Virus record (IMG/VR): IMGVR_UViG_3300028603_000032
Location: 15,785 to 79,784 of that record
Direction: 5' to 3' (one strand)
DNA: 64,000 bases
From: a virus
Lineage: Duplodnaviria; Caudoviricetes
The position numbers and the translations under genes are program-made. The notes under the pieces were generated by a model, which was not told the DNA's origin, did not search any database, and was given only the letters and a program-made list of their open reading frames with translations. Below, in pieces: positions 9,442-19,605 of this stretch (positions are counted from its first letter, which is position 1; every line of letters begins with the position of its first letter).

Positions 9442-12400
9442 ATGGATGACCAACTCCTGAACGATCTGCGCTCCCTCGGGGAAGAACCGGAAGCTGTCGA
9501 TCCTGGTCTTACCGGACTTCTCCCGCAACAGGAAGAGCCGGTCGGCACGAGCAACACCGCGCGAGAGGTTGCGCCACTGATCGACCGCCTTGCCGAGCAG
9601 CGCCGACGCGAGCGCGAACGGGAGGAGCAGGAGGCGGAGCTTAGGTCCCGCGACGGTGCGCTTGATGCGTTGATGGACCCTCAGCAGTACGTCGAGGGCG
9701 TCAAGGGCATCATCCCCGGCGCCATTCGTTCGGGCGGTCTTGTGCTTCAGGCTCCCGATGTATTCGCCTCACGCGCACAGCACAACGCTGCCCGCTTCGG
9801 TCGCCAGCAGATCGAATTGATGGATCGCATTGATCGCGGCGAGGATGTCTCCGAGGTCGATGACGCCATGGGCTACCGGCAAATGTCGCCGGCCCAACGA
9901 TTGCAGGCCCGTGAACAGCTCACCAAGGCGCAGAGATCCTTCGCCCCGACGCCCATTCAAGAGCGTTCGCTGTTCCGCGCGGGCGAGGATGTCCAGGAGT
10001 TTGCCAAGGGCGTTGCACCGGCTGCACCCGGCTACGAAGAGTCCGTAGGCCGCCAGCTTGGCGAAGGTCTCGGCTCCATGGCGGTCGGCCTGCCGGCATC
10101 GTTCATTGGACCGATGCCTGCCGCTGTCGTCTTTGGTGCGATGGGTGTCGGCGAGGCTGCGGATCGCGCGGTCCAATGGGATCGCAAGGAGCGGGAAGCG
10201 GGTCGCCCCGGTCTGACGCAGGATCAAATTGCGCTTGCCGGTATTCTCGGCACGGCACCTGGCGCGACAGATATGCTGCCATTGGAGGTTATGGTCGGGC
10301 GCCTGCCGATCCCCATGCCGAAGTGGATGCGTGGCGCGGTCGCGCGCGGGATTGGCCGGATCGGCGGACAGGCGTTCATCGAAGGCGTTCAGGAAGGCGG
10401 GCAAGCGTTCCTGCAGAACCTGATCGCCCGCGAGGTCTACGATTCGAACCAGCCGCTGGTTGACGGTCTGGGCAGCGAGGCGGCCATCGGCGGCGGCGTC
10501 GGCGCAATTGCGCAAACCGCCAAGGAGCTTGGTTCCTGGATCATCCGCTCCGCAGCCGGACGCCGCACTCGGTCGACGGAACCTAGCCGTCGCGATGAGC
10601 CCACCCCCGAGACACCCCGCGATTCCGTCGTCGACCTCGACCAGTTTGCAGATCCCATCGAAGAGGAAGGTGAACGCCCCGTAGACGAAGCACCTCTAGG
10701 CCCTCTTGCTCCCGATGTCAGAGGGCAGCAGGGAGAGGAAGGCGAGCTTGCAGCGTCGATGGTGCAGGACCGCCTCTCGGATGAGGCGCGCGATTATCTG
10801 AACGAAGCGTATTCTACCATCGGGCTTGAGCCCGAGACGGACCTTTCGACCGTTCCTGCTTCCGAGCTTCGTCAGATCGCGAGCTACCTGAGAGAGGTGC
10901 AGCAGGACATCCGCACGGAAAGCGGACGATACACCCCAGGTCGCGACGAGCTCAATCCGCCCGACCCTGCCATCACGGAACTGCTTCGCGGCATCAATGC
11001 GGAACTGAGGCGGGATGCAGCAGCCCAGCGTCGCCAGCCGCAGTTGCCGTTGGACGAGACCGCCGCCGAAGCTGCGCCGACGGAGCAGGCCGCGCCGCAA
11101 AGCGTGCCTCAGACCCAATCTCGTGGCAGGCTCGGCACCCGTCTGGAAGACCTCGCGCAGCGCGACTTCAGAGCAGCGGAAGCCGTAGACAGCGTTCGTG
11201 GTGCGGGAGCGCGCCCCGACGTGTCGTCTGAGGGATTTTCATCCCCTACCTTTGACCAGATCTCCTCCGTTCTCCCCCCAGATGCCAATGGCGATCCCGA
11301 CTTCGGACGCCTCAATGCGCGAATGCAGGCCGAGTTCGGCAAGACCGGCTGGAACAATCTCACCCCGGACGAGAAGGTTCAGCTTTACCGCACGTTCGGT
11401 GGCGAGCCTGCACCTGCAACACAGGAAGCCCCTGAGAGCGTCACAGAGGCCGGCGTCTCACCGGAGGTCGTACCCCCCGCAAAAACTGCCGAAGCCGCTC
11501 CTGAGCCGACTGTGGGGCAGGAATCGGCCATTTCTGATGATACCCGCCAAGCCTTCCGCGAAATACTCGCAGGCAAGGCGCCGCGCCGTCAGTGGGCAGA
11601 ACAGCTAGGCGTCGACGAGGGACAACTGCAATCCCTGATCGACGAAGCGGCATCGGAAGGGCTGGTGCGCGTCGATCGCAACGGCGTAGTGAGGCGCACG
11701 GCGCGCGCGAAGGTGGCGGCAACTGCCGCTCAGCCGACACCGCGTCCGACACAGGCTCCGCGTCCGGCGGCTCCGGCTCAGGCCCGGCCTTCCCTCACCA
11801 TCCCGTCTGACATCCGCCTCCGCAACTCAATCGACGCCCGCGAGCGCATCACCGGCAAGCCACTCAATGCCATCGTGCTCGACTATGCCGGCCGCATCGA
11901 GGAAGCGCGGGGCACTGATGCGTTCGACGGCATCATGGCCGAGATCAGGGCAGACCGTCTATTCCTGAAAGCGGATGCCCATGATCTTGCAGCACTGGCA
12001 GGATATCCCGTCACCAAGTCAGCAACGAAGAAAGCTGCACTGGAGACGGTAGAGAAACGGCATCGTGATCTGGCGGAGGGGCTCAATCAGAAATTGTTGC
12101 CGGATCTTGCGGCTCTGTCGATGTCGCAGGCGCCGCCGCAGGTCTCTCGCACGTTTTGGGGTGGGTTCCCGTCTGTCGAAACACTTCTTCCCCGCCATGC
12201 GCTGCGTAACCACAACCCGGAACTCTACGACAAGGCCAAGGCTGGGGATCATGCTGCTGCGGCCCAACTCGTCGATGAGGTTGTGAGAGACGAGGCGATA
12301 GAGCGCTTGCGCGCGACTATCGGCGACCGGCAGCCGGTCATAGTTGCGGTCATGGCAGAGGAAGCCTCGGGCCGCAATGCAATCCCAAGGACGTTTGCGA

Positions 12401-15400
12401 AAATCATTGGCCGCCATCTTGGGTTGCCGGTCGATAGCTCCATCGTGCAGACAGTGCGCGCCCAGCACACGGGCGCCGACGCATTCGCCAGACTGGCACG
12501 TCAGCCTGTGTTCTCCGGTCCTGTCGTCGCGGGCCAGGATTACGTCATCGTCGATGATACCGTCACTATGGGCGGTACATTGGCAAATCTCCGAGGCTAT
12601 ATTGAAAGCCAAGGCGGTCGTGTTATATTAGCGTCCACACTGACAGGTGGACCGCAGCAGAATATCGTCCCATCGGCAGCTCAGCTCGATGCGGTCCGTA
12701 AGAAGCACCCAGATCTTGACGAATGGTGGCAAAATGAATTCGGCTTCCCGCTCGAAACGCTCACGGCCAGCGAGCTTGGTCACCTCAGAAAAGCCGTATC
12801 ACTTGACGCCATCAGAGATCGAATCTCTGCGGCAAGAGGGTCCGAAGATAGACAAGGCGGTGGACGAGTATTACCGCAAGAAGGAGGCGGCGAGGTAGCG
12901 CCGTCTACCAGCACTGGTGACACAGAACCGCCTTCGGGCGGTTTTTCTTTGGCCTCACTGACCGGCCTACCGCGTCTTCCAACGGAACCATCGGCGCCAA
13001 TCGATGCGCTTATCATCACCGCGATAGAGCGCAAGATCGATGCCATGCTCCCGGCTGATGTCGCCACGCGGATCAAGGACAGAATTACCCACCCATCCGG
13101 TGCTGTCCTTAACGCCCAATTCCTCATCGGCAAGCGAATGGTCGAGTTGGGCCTCGTGAATAGCCCGCTCAAGATCTTTCATCTCGGCAAACATGAGGTG
13201 ATCCATGCTCTGCGGATGTCCGGGCTTTTTACGCAGGATGAATGGCAACGGCTCGTCTCCCACGCCAAGAAGATCAACATCGATGAACAGATAACGGCGA
13301 AAGATGCCAACGGCAAGCAGGTACCCGCCATTCCTGGCTACCGGAACCTGTATCGCACGTCCTTTTCTGGAATAGGGCTGAGAGGGAAAGAACTCAACGA
13401 AGTCATCGAGGAGCTTATCGACCAAGAGCGTGTTGCCAAGATGGCGGAGCAATGGGTCGCTCGCGAGGCCAAATTCGGGCGCGCCATAGACCAGATCCTT
13501 GATCGCATCAGTCGATTCATAGAAGCAGCCGCCCGCGCTCTGAACAATCTCGGCATCAGGTCTTTAGATGACTACGTGGAACTGGCGAATGAGCGCGACG
13601 TGCAGCGCATCGCCGAAAGGGTGCTGTCTGGTGAAGTGGGCGGCCGTGCGCGCCCGGATGATCTCGGCCTGCCGATCGGCGTGCAGCAACTGATTGGAGC
13701 CGTGCCTCGTAGCGATGTTGGTCAGATCGTTCCTGCTGCCTCACAGGAAGGCAGAGCAGTGCTGGATGCACTGCTTGCAATCCGCGCGTTTCATGGCAGC
13801 CCGCATGACTTCGACCGCTTTTCAATGGAGAAGATCGGCACGGGTGAGGGTGCTCAGGCGTTCGGCCACGGACTTTACTTTGCCGAGGCAGAGAATGTTG
13901 CGAAAGACTACCAGAGTAAACTTGCGCCTCCTCAAGTCAATACAGGCTATCGCAACATCGATACAGAGCTTTCGAATGTTCATGGGGGTGACTGGGAAGC
14001 ATTCAAGGCGGCCCACCCGAACCCGAGCCCAGGATTGAAAGAGGCAATCGAGGACATCGAGTCGCGCGGCGCGACCGGATCTCAGCAGAAGGGCCGCTTC
14101 TACGAAGTCCGCATCAATGCAGAGCCCGAAGACTTCCTCGATTGGGACGTGCCGATCGCAGAGCAGAGCGAGAAAGTCAGAGCAGCGCTGAGATCCATCG
14201 GCCATCCCGATAACATAAAAACCGAGGAGGATCTGGCGCAACTCTGGCAGCGCAATGTGCGGCTGGCAAACGGTAGAATTCTCGCGTGGTACTTCAGCCC
14301 GCCCCTATCGTCCCCACGTTTTGGATCCGAGGCGCGAGTCTACGAGTCCGGCGGGAAGTGGACAGCGAGCCTTGACATGCCCGGCGGCGGCCTCCGCGAC
14401 TTTGCGACGGAGGCAGAGGCCAAACAGTGGGCCGATGGTATATTACGCCGTAACTTCGGGAGCGGGGATCTCGGCTCTGACGTTGCGCGCCAGCTCACCG
14501 CCCGCGTTTGGCTGTGGAACAGAAAGATCACGGACCCGCGAAAGATCAGCCGGGCGCTGCGGAAAGCCGGGATCAAGGGGATACGCTATCTTGACGGGTT
14601 CTCGCGGCACAAGGGTGAGGGCCATCACAACTATGTCGTCTTCGACGACTCCCTCATCGAGATCACCGCCAAGGACGGCAAGCCTGTATCCAGTCAGGAA
14701 AAGCAGGACTTCGTTGCTGCCTCTCTCGCCAGCGTCCCTTCTCAGCCTCAACCCCGTTCCTTCAACATCGAAGGTTTCAGTGGAACCGTCTCGACTTCAG
14801 AGGATGAGAATGGAAACAGGGTAAGGACGTATCGGGTCAGTGAGGAAGATGTTGGTTCATTCGAGCGTCGAGAGCCCGCTGACGCTGGTTCGGTCAACGT
14901 TCCGTCTTCCGTGGGATTCGCTGTCCTCAAGGAACAGGACGACGGCACATGGTCCGCGTCCATGGTCCGCATCGAGCCGGGCCATCGCAGGCAGGGTGTT
15001 CCCTCACGCCTTCTCCGTGCCATCGAGGAAGACCTTGGCCAGCGTCTCGCTCCACAAGGCTGGCTCACCGCAGAGCAGTACGCAGAGCTTGCCGAAAGCA
15101 ACCCGGATGCCGTCCGGTTCCATCAGCCTGCCGGTCCCGCATTCGACGATATGTGGGTCTCTCCAAAGCAGATGGAGTTCGGCGCGGAGATCCTGAAGGA
15201 GTTCGCCTCACAAGCACCAGATGCAGCATCGGCAAGGGAAGCACTGGATCAGGCACGCCAGCTTGAAGCCATGCGGGCCTTAGTGCCGGCAGAGGCGTTC
15301 GAGCAGGAGCAGGCCATGTTCGCGCTCCGTGGCCTGCCCCATCCCATCAACCTCGGAACTCCATCACGGTCAGGAACCGAAGCCCCAGAGAAAAGCCTGT

Positions 15401-18400
15401 CCGATCTCGTCTCCGATCTGACGGATGCACTAGGTCTCACAGTACGGCACGGCCGACTCAGCCCCGGCCTGAAGGCAGCCGCCGGGCGGCTTGGCATGAG
15501 CGTTGCCGGCCAGTTCTCCCGCGCCACGGGCGTCACCCGCATCGCAATTCCGAATGATCTCGCCACCTTGGCCCACGAAGGCGGCCATGCGCTGGAAACC
15601 CGCAACTCGACACGCGATGACGTGCGCCAGCTTCAGGACGATCACATCGAGGAGTTGATCACCGCACCGTCCCGCAATTTCTCCCCGCCTCAGATGCCGG
15701 CCAGCGGTTTCTCAGGGGTAGAGCTCGACGACGATACCCAGCGCGTCCTGATCGATGCGGTTCAGGCCGACGTGAACCTGCGCGCACAGACATTGCAGGC
15801 CGGCCAGGCTAAGTCCGGCGTCCGCTTCATGCGCGGCAAGATTGACGACGCGGCCTATAAGCAGGCTCAGCGTGAGGCGGGAATGCTCCGGGCCGTGCTG
15901 ATCCGCCGTCTCGGGCAGCGTGTGGCAGATGCCGTTCTCGATGACGTGAAGAAAGCGGCCCCCCGTGACCTGCAGCAGTACATCGCGCAACGGTTCTCAG
16001 CCACGGGAACACCGAAGCCGCGCCCTGCTCCCCCGCAAGCCTCGCGCACGGAGCTGTCCGAAGGCTGGGCCGAGTTCTTCCGGCAGTATGTCACCAATCC
16101 CCGTGAGGCCCGCATTCAGGCTCCTAGGCTCTACGAAGCCTTTGAGGACATGCTGGACGGGGCAGAGCCGGATATGCTGGAGCAGTTGCAAGAGATCCAG
16201 AAGGGCTTCACCGAACTTAAGAACGCCTCTCCTGCCGGTGCGGTGATGAGCCGTGTCCAGTCCTCCGTCAAGCCATCGATGTTCGCGCAGTTCCGCAAGG
16301 ACCTGGCAGAGAAGGGACCACGGGCGACGATCTCCGACAAGCTCTACGGCTTCTATCATGCGGCCGTCGACGGTAGGCATCCCATGAAGCGCGCCGTCAA
16401 GTTCCTGATGGAGCTCGGTGCCGACAATCTCGGTGTGCAGCTCGGCGACAACGAGCGCATGGTGCTCAAGGCGGCCGACGATCCTTACAAGGTCTGGCGT
16501 CTTGCCGAGCACTCCAAGGTCTGGGCCACGGCCACACTGCAGAACGGTGTGCGTCTCAAGGGCGAGGCGGAGCCGTCCGGGCCATCCTTTCACGAGGCTT
16601 TGTCGGAAGCCTTCGGCGGCACCGCCAAGGGCCAGTGGAATGACGAGAAAGCGCAGACGTTCGGTTCCTATCTGGTCGCCCGGCGCATGCTTGCGGAATG
16701 GAAGCGTTACGAGAACGGGGAACTGGAGAACCCGCCGGACAGCCTGATCGAAAAGCGCGTCTGGCAGAAGGCGCGTCAGGACATCGAGAAGGCGCATCCC
16801 GAGTTCGCCAAGGCCGCCCAACTCCTCTACGGCTTCAACAAGCGCCACCTGCAGAACAAGTTCCTCAACGGCTTCCTTACCGAGGATCTGTTCCTTGAGC
16901 TGAACGCGCGCGAGGACTACGTGCCTCTCAACCGCATGATGGACGATGACGGCCCATCAGCCTTGACGAAGCCGCGCGGCCAGAACAAGCGCAAGCTGAT
17001 CTATCGGTTCAAGGGCTCGACGCGGGATTTCATCAACCCGCTCGAAAGCATCGCGCAGGACGTTTATGCAACGCAGGCACGGTTCGCGCTGAACGACGTG
17101 ATCGGCGCCATGGACCGGCTGTCCCGCGCAGTTGGGCCGGGTGGCGGCGTGATTGCCGAGCGTATCCCGCCCAACGACATGCGCGGCACGCGGGTGGACA
17201 TCCGTGAGGCCATGCGCCAGGCGGCGCGTGATCTCGACCCGAACGACGCGCAAGGTCTGATCGAGATGATCGACGACCTGTTCGATCAGGATGCGGCAGC
17301 GACGATCTTCCGTGCGGTTCCAACCGAAGAGAAGGGCGAGCCAATCGTCTACCTGTGGGAGGAGGGCAAGCGGGTTCCGATCCGTCTCGGAGATAATCGC
17401 ATCGCGCGGGACATCTTCGAGACCATGGTGGCGCTGGGGCGTGATAACTCGGACATCGTTACTGATATCTTCTCCTATGGCGCTCAGGCGTTCCGCTTCG
17501 GCGTCACGAAGGCAACATCGTATATCGCGGTCAACTTCATTCGGGATCAGGTTGCCACCTGGATTCTATCGCGCGACTACGTGCCGCTTGTGTCTGGTGC
17601 GAAGGGTTTATGGGGCATAAACAGGGGTGGCACGATAGGTGCTGTGACAGGAGCGGCGCTCGGCACCGGGGTCGGCGTAGCGACCGGCGGCATCGGGTTC
17701 GCCGCCATTCCCATTGGCACCATCTTCGGAATGAGTCTGGGCTCCCGCCTCATCGGAAAACATGCGAAGGATCTTGCACGGTACAACGCCTTCGCTGGGC
17801 TAGCCGGTGTCGAGTCCGGGCTGATCGATTCGCCTTCCACTGACAGGGATATACTGGCGCTCAGGCGAACTGGCTTTCTAGGTGTTCCGTCCAGAGGACG
17901 CTTCATCGGCACTTGGCAGCGCATTCTGCGTGCGGCTGAGGTGACTGAGGCGGCAAGCAGGCTAGGGCATTTCAAGGCAGCCTACGATCGCGCTCTCAAG
18001 GACGGGTTCACGCCGGAGGAGGCGGCAATCGAAGCTGCCTATGCCGCCCACGACGTTCTTGATTTTAGCCGGAAGGGCGCGAAGATGGGTCAAGTTGCGC
18101 GCATCATGGCGTTCACCAACTCTGCGCTTCAAGGTCTCGATGCCGCGTTCAGAACAGCAACAGGCGAGCGGAATATATATCGAAACTACCGCGAAGCTTT
18201 GACGCCATTCATCAAGTCGGCCAATGGCTCCCCGTTGTCAATCGCAGAGAAGGAGGCTCTGCCCAATTCAGTCCGCATGTGGATCAAGATGGTCGCTATC
18301 GGCCTTATGGGAGTGGCGCTGTTTGCACTTGATGACGATGACGAGACTAATGATTACATGCGGGCAACGCATTGGTTCTTCAATCTGTTCGGGATACGGG

Positions 18401-19581
18401 TCAGAATACCTAAGCCGTTCGAGCTTGGTATCTTCTCCAACATTTTTGAGTCTGCGTTCGCCTATTGGTGGCGGCAGGATGAGCGCGCACATATCCGCTT
18501 CCTGGAGAGTTTGAGGCACACTGTCGTGCCGCCTGCAGAGATCCAGGCACTCTATTCGCTAGGTCATATCGCAGCTATCCCCTCGGTGATATGGGAACAT
18601 CTGGTCGCGCAGGACCCATTCAAGAAGCCATTCGACAGTGACATACCTCAGCACTTGAGGGCACTACCCCCGGAACTCCAGTTTAATGCCTACACGTCGG
18701 AGTTCAGCAAGTTGCTCGGGAACGTGATGGGGTGGAGCCCGGCGCAGATTGACAACTTCATCGCTAACACATTTGCCACTCTCGGAAGAGAGTTCTTGAC
18801 CGGATCGGACTATGCTCTTCCCCGCATCAATCAACTGGTCGGCGGACGGTTACCAGGGGTTTCGGTTTCACCAAGAGCAGAGAAGCCGATAGAGGACTAT
18901 TGGTTCATCTCCCGCTTCACGCGCCGTCAGTCCCGTGGTGCCCTTTCCACCCAATACTTCTGGCAACAGATGTCCATGGACGGCGGCAAGTACGTGCAGG
19001 CGGCCAACGGATATCGTGAGCTGCTGCGGGCCGGGAACGAGGTCGGGGCCAAGGATCTCCTCGACGGGCTCGACCAGGAGCGCCGGGCCTATGCCTTGCT
19101 CGAAGGCCACTTCAAGGAGAAGGATCAGGACATCCACCCGATGAACCGGGCGCGTCAGGTGATCGGCGCCATGTCCGGCATCCGCCGCGAAATGGTTCTC
19201 GACCGGCTCGTCAAGCAGTCCACCGCCAACAAGAAGCACACCGAGCCGGAGAAGATCGCGCTCGAACCGTCGAAGCAGAAGATCGTCAACGAGATCCTGG
19301 AAGACATCGCCATGCGCGAGGCAAGGAACGCCCTCGTCGTGGTGCAGCATCCGGGCTGGAAGAACAAGTCCATCCTGCCGACGGACGGCCTTCTGGCAGA
19401 GTTGAGAGCCGCGGTTCCCGAAGTCGCAGATGAATTGGACTACCGGCTGAACAAGGGCCGGTACAAGGTCTACCCGTTCGAAGGCGTTCGCCGGGCCTGG
19501 CCCAAGGCGCGTGATGTCCTGCTGAAGGAAGGCCAAGACGCCATCCTTGCAGAGTTCAGGACCGAAGCCAGGTTCCCCTGA
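9442..19581 (+). CDS. Giant polyvalent internal virion protein (~3,380 aa): PRTase, HExxH, ART-like, GNAT, zincin, LPD38-like domains
   Basis: YVIVDDTVTMGGT (PRTase, ~12540); HEVIH (~13190); AFHGSPHDF...GEGAQAFGHGLYFAE (~13790); HRRQGVPSRLL (GNAT, ~14980); LAHEGGHALE plus ELSEGWAEF (~15570, ~16050); RIPKPFELG (~18400). Confidence 0.8.
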   Translation: MDDQLLNDLRSLGEEPEAVDPGLTGLLPQQEEPVGTSNTAREVAPLIDRLAEQRRREREREEQEAELRSRDGALDALMDPQQYVEGVKGIIPGAIRSGGLVLQAPDVFASRAQHNAARFGRQQIELMDRIDRGEDVSEVDDAMGYRQMSPAQRLQAREQLTKAQRSFAPTPIQERSLFRAGEDVQEFAKGVAPAAPGYEESVGRQLGEGLGSMAVGLPASFIGPMPAAVVFGAMGVGEAADRAVQWDRKEREAGRPGLTQDQIALAGILGTAPGATDMLPLEVMVGRLPIPMPKWMRGAVARGIGRIGGQAFIEGVQEGGQAFLQNLIAREVYDSNQPLVDGLGSEAAIGGGVGAIAQTAKELGSWIIRSAAGRRTRSTEPSRRDEPTPETPRDSVVDLDQFADPIEEEGERPVDEAPLGPLAPDVRGQQGEEGELAASMVQDRLSDEARDYLNEAYSTIGLEPETDLSTVPASELRQIASYLREVQQDIRTESGRYTPGRDELNPPDPAITELLRGINAELRRDAAAQRRQPQLPLDETAAEAAPTEQAAPQSVPQTQSRGRLGTRLEDLAQRDFRAAEAVDSVRGAGARPDVSSEGFSSPTFDQISSVLPPDANGDPDFGRLNARMQAEFGKTGWNNLTPDEKVQLYRTFGGEPAPATQEAPESVTEAGVSPEVVPPAKTAEAAPEPTVGQESAISDDTRQAFREILAGKAPRRQWAEQLGVDEGQLQSLIDEAASEGLVRVDRNGVVRRTARAKVAATAAQPTPRPTQAPRPAAPAQARPSLTIPSDIRLRNSIDARERITGKPLNAIVLDYAGRIEEARGTDAFDGIMAEIRADRLFLKADAHDLAALAGYPVTKSATKKAALETVEKRHRDLAEGLNQKLLPDLAALSMSQAPPQVSRTFWGGFPSVETLLPRHALRNHNPELYDKAKAGDHAAAAQLVDEVVRDEAIERLRATIGDRQPVIVAVMAEEASGRNAIPRTFAKIIGRHLGLPVDSSIVQTVRAQHTGADAFARLARQPVFSGPVVAGQDYVIVDDTVTMGGTLANLRGYIESQGGRVILASTLTGGPQQNIVPSAAQLDAVRKKHPDLDEWWQNEFGFPLETLTASELGHLRKAVSLDAIRDRISAARGSEDRQGGGRVLPQEGGGEVAPSTSTGDTEPPSGGFSLASLTGLPRLPTEPSAPIDALIITAIERKIDAMLPADVATRIKDRITHPSGAVLNAQFLIGKRMVELGLVNSPLKIFHLGKHEVIHALRMSGLFTQDEWQRLVSHAKKINIDEQITAKDANGKQVPAIPGYRNLYRTSFSGIGLRGKELNEVIEELIDQERVAKMAEQWVAREAKFGRAIDQILDRISRFIEAAARALNNLGIRSLDDYVELANERDVQRIAERVLSGEVGGRARPDDLGLPIGVQQLIGAVPRSDVGQIVPAASQEGRAVLDALLAIRAFHGSPHDFDRFSMEKIGTGEGAQAFGHGLYFAEAENVAKDYQSKLAPPQVNTGYRNIDTELSNVHGGDWEAFKAAHPNPSPGLKEAIEDIESRGATGSQQKGRFYEVRINAEPEDFLDWDVPIAEQSEKVRAALRSIGHPDNIKTEEDLAQLWQRNVRLANGRILAWYFSPPLSSPRFGSEARVYESGGKWTASLDMPGGGLRDFATEAEAKQWADGILRRNFGSGDLGSDVARQLTARVWLWNRKITDPRKISRALRKAGIKGIRYLDGFSRHKGEGHHNYVVFDDSLIEITAKDGKPVSSQEKQDFVAASLASVPSQPQPRSFNIEGFSGTVSTSEDENGNRVRTYRVSEEDVGSFERREPADAGSVNVPSSVGFAVLKEQDDGTWSASMVRIEPGHRRQGVPSRLLRAIEEDLGQRLAPQGWLTAEQYAELAESNPDAVRFHQPAGPAFDDMWVSPKQMEFGAEILKEFASQAPDAASAREALDQARQLEAMRALVPAEAFEQEQAMFALRGLPHPINLGTPSRSGTEAPEKSLSDLVSDLTDALGLTVRHGRLSPGLKAAAGRLGMSVAGQFSRATGVTRIAIPNDLATLAHEGGHALETRNSTRDDVRQLQDDHIEELITAPSRNFSPPQMPASGFSGVELDDDTQRVLIDAVQADVNLRAQTLQAGQAKSGVRFMRGKIDDAAYKQAQREAGMLRAVLIRRLGQRVADAVLDDVKKAAPRDLQQYIAQRFSATGTPKPRPAPPQASRTELSEGWAEFFRQYVTNPREARIQAPRLYEAFEDMLDGAEPDMLEQLQEIQKGFTELKNASPAGAVMSRVQSSVKPSMFAQFRKDLAEKGPRATISDKLYGFYHAAVDGRHPMKRAVKFLMELGADNLGVQLGDNERMVLKAADDPYKVWRLAEHSKVWATATLQNGVRLKGEAEPSGPSFHEALSEAFGGTAKGQWNDEKAQTFGSYLVARRMLAEWKRYENGELENPPDSLIEKRVWQKARQDIEKAHPEFAKAAQLLYGFNKRHLQNKFLNGFLTEDLFLELNAREDYVPLNRMMDDDGPSALTKPRGQNKRKLIYRFKGSTRDFINPLESIAQDVYATQARFALNDVIGAMDRLSRAVGPGGGVIAERIPPNDMRGTRVDIREAMRQAARDLDPNDAQGLIEMIDDLFDQDAAATIFRAVPTEEKGEPIVYLWEEGKRVPIRLGDNRIARDIFETMVALGRDNSDIVTDIFSYGAQAFRFGVTKATSYIAVNFIRDQVATWILSRDYVPLVSGAKGLWGINRGGTIGAVTGAALGTGVGVATGGIGFAAIPIGTIFGMSLGSRLIGKHAKDLARYNAFAGLAGVESGLIDSPSTDRDILALRRTGFLGVPSRGRFIGTWQRILRAAEVTEAASRLGHFKAAYDRALKDGFTPEEAAIEAAYAAHDVLDFSRKGAKMGQVARIMAFTNSALQGLDAAFRTATGERNIYRNYREALTPFIKSANGSPLSIAEKEALPNSVRMWIKMVAIGLMGVALFALDDDDETNDYMRATHWFFNLFGIRVRIPKPFELGIFSNIFESAFAYWWRQDERAHIRFLESLRHTVVPPAEIQALYSLGHIAAIPSVIWEHLVAQDPFKKPFDSDIPQHLRALPPELQFNAYTSEFSKLLGNVMGWSPAQIDNFIANTFATLGREFLTGSDYALPRINQLVGGRLPGVSVSPRAEKPIEDYWFISRFTRRQSRGALSTQYFWQQMSMDGGKYVQAANGYRELLRAGNEVGAKDLLDGLDQERRAYALLEGHFKEKDQDIHPMNRARQVIGAMSGIRREMVLDRLVKQSTANKKHTEPEKIALEPSKQKIVNEILEDIAMREARNALVVVQHPGWKNKSILPTDGLLAELRAAVPEVADELDYRLNKGRYKVYPFEGVRRAWPKARDVLLKEGQDAILAEFRTEARFP

Positions 19582-19605
19582 TTTAATTTCCGAGGGATAT
19601 TTCTG

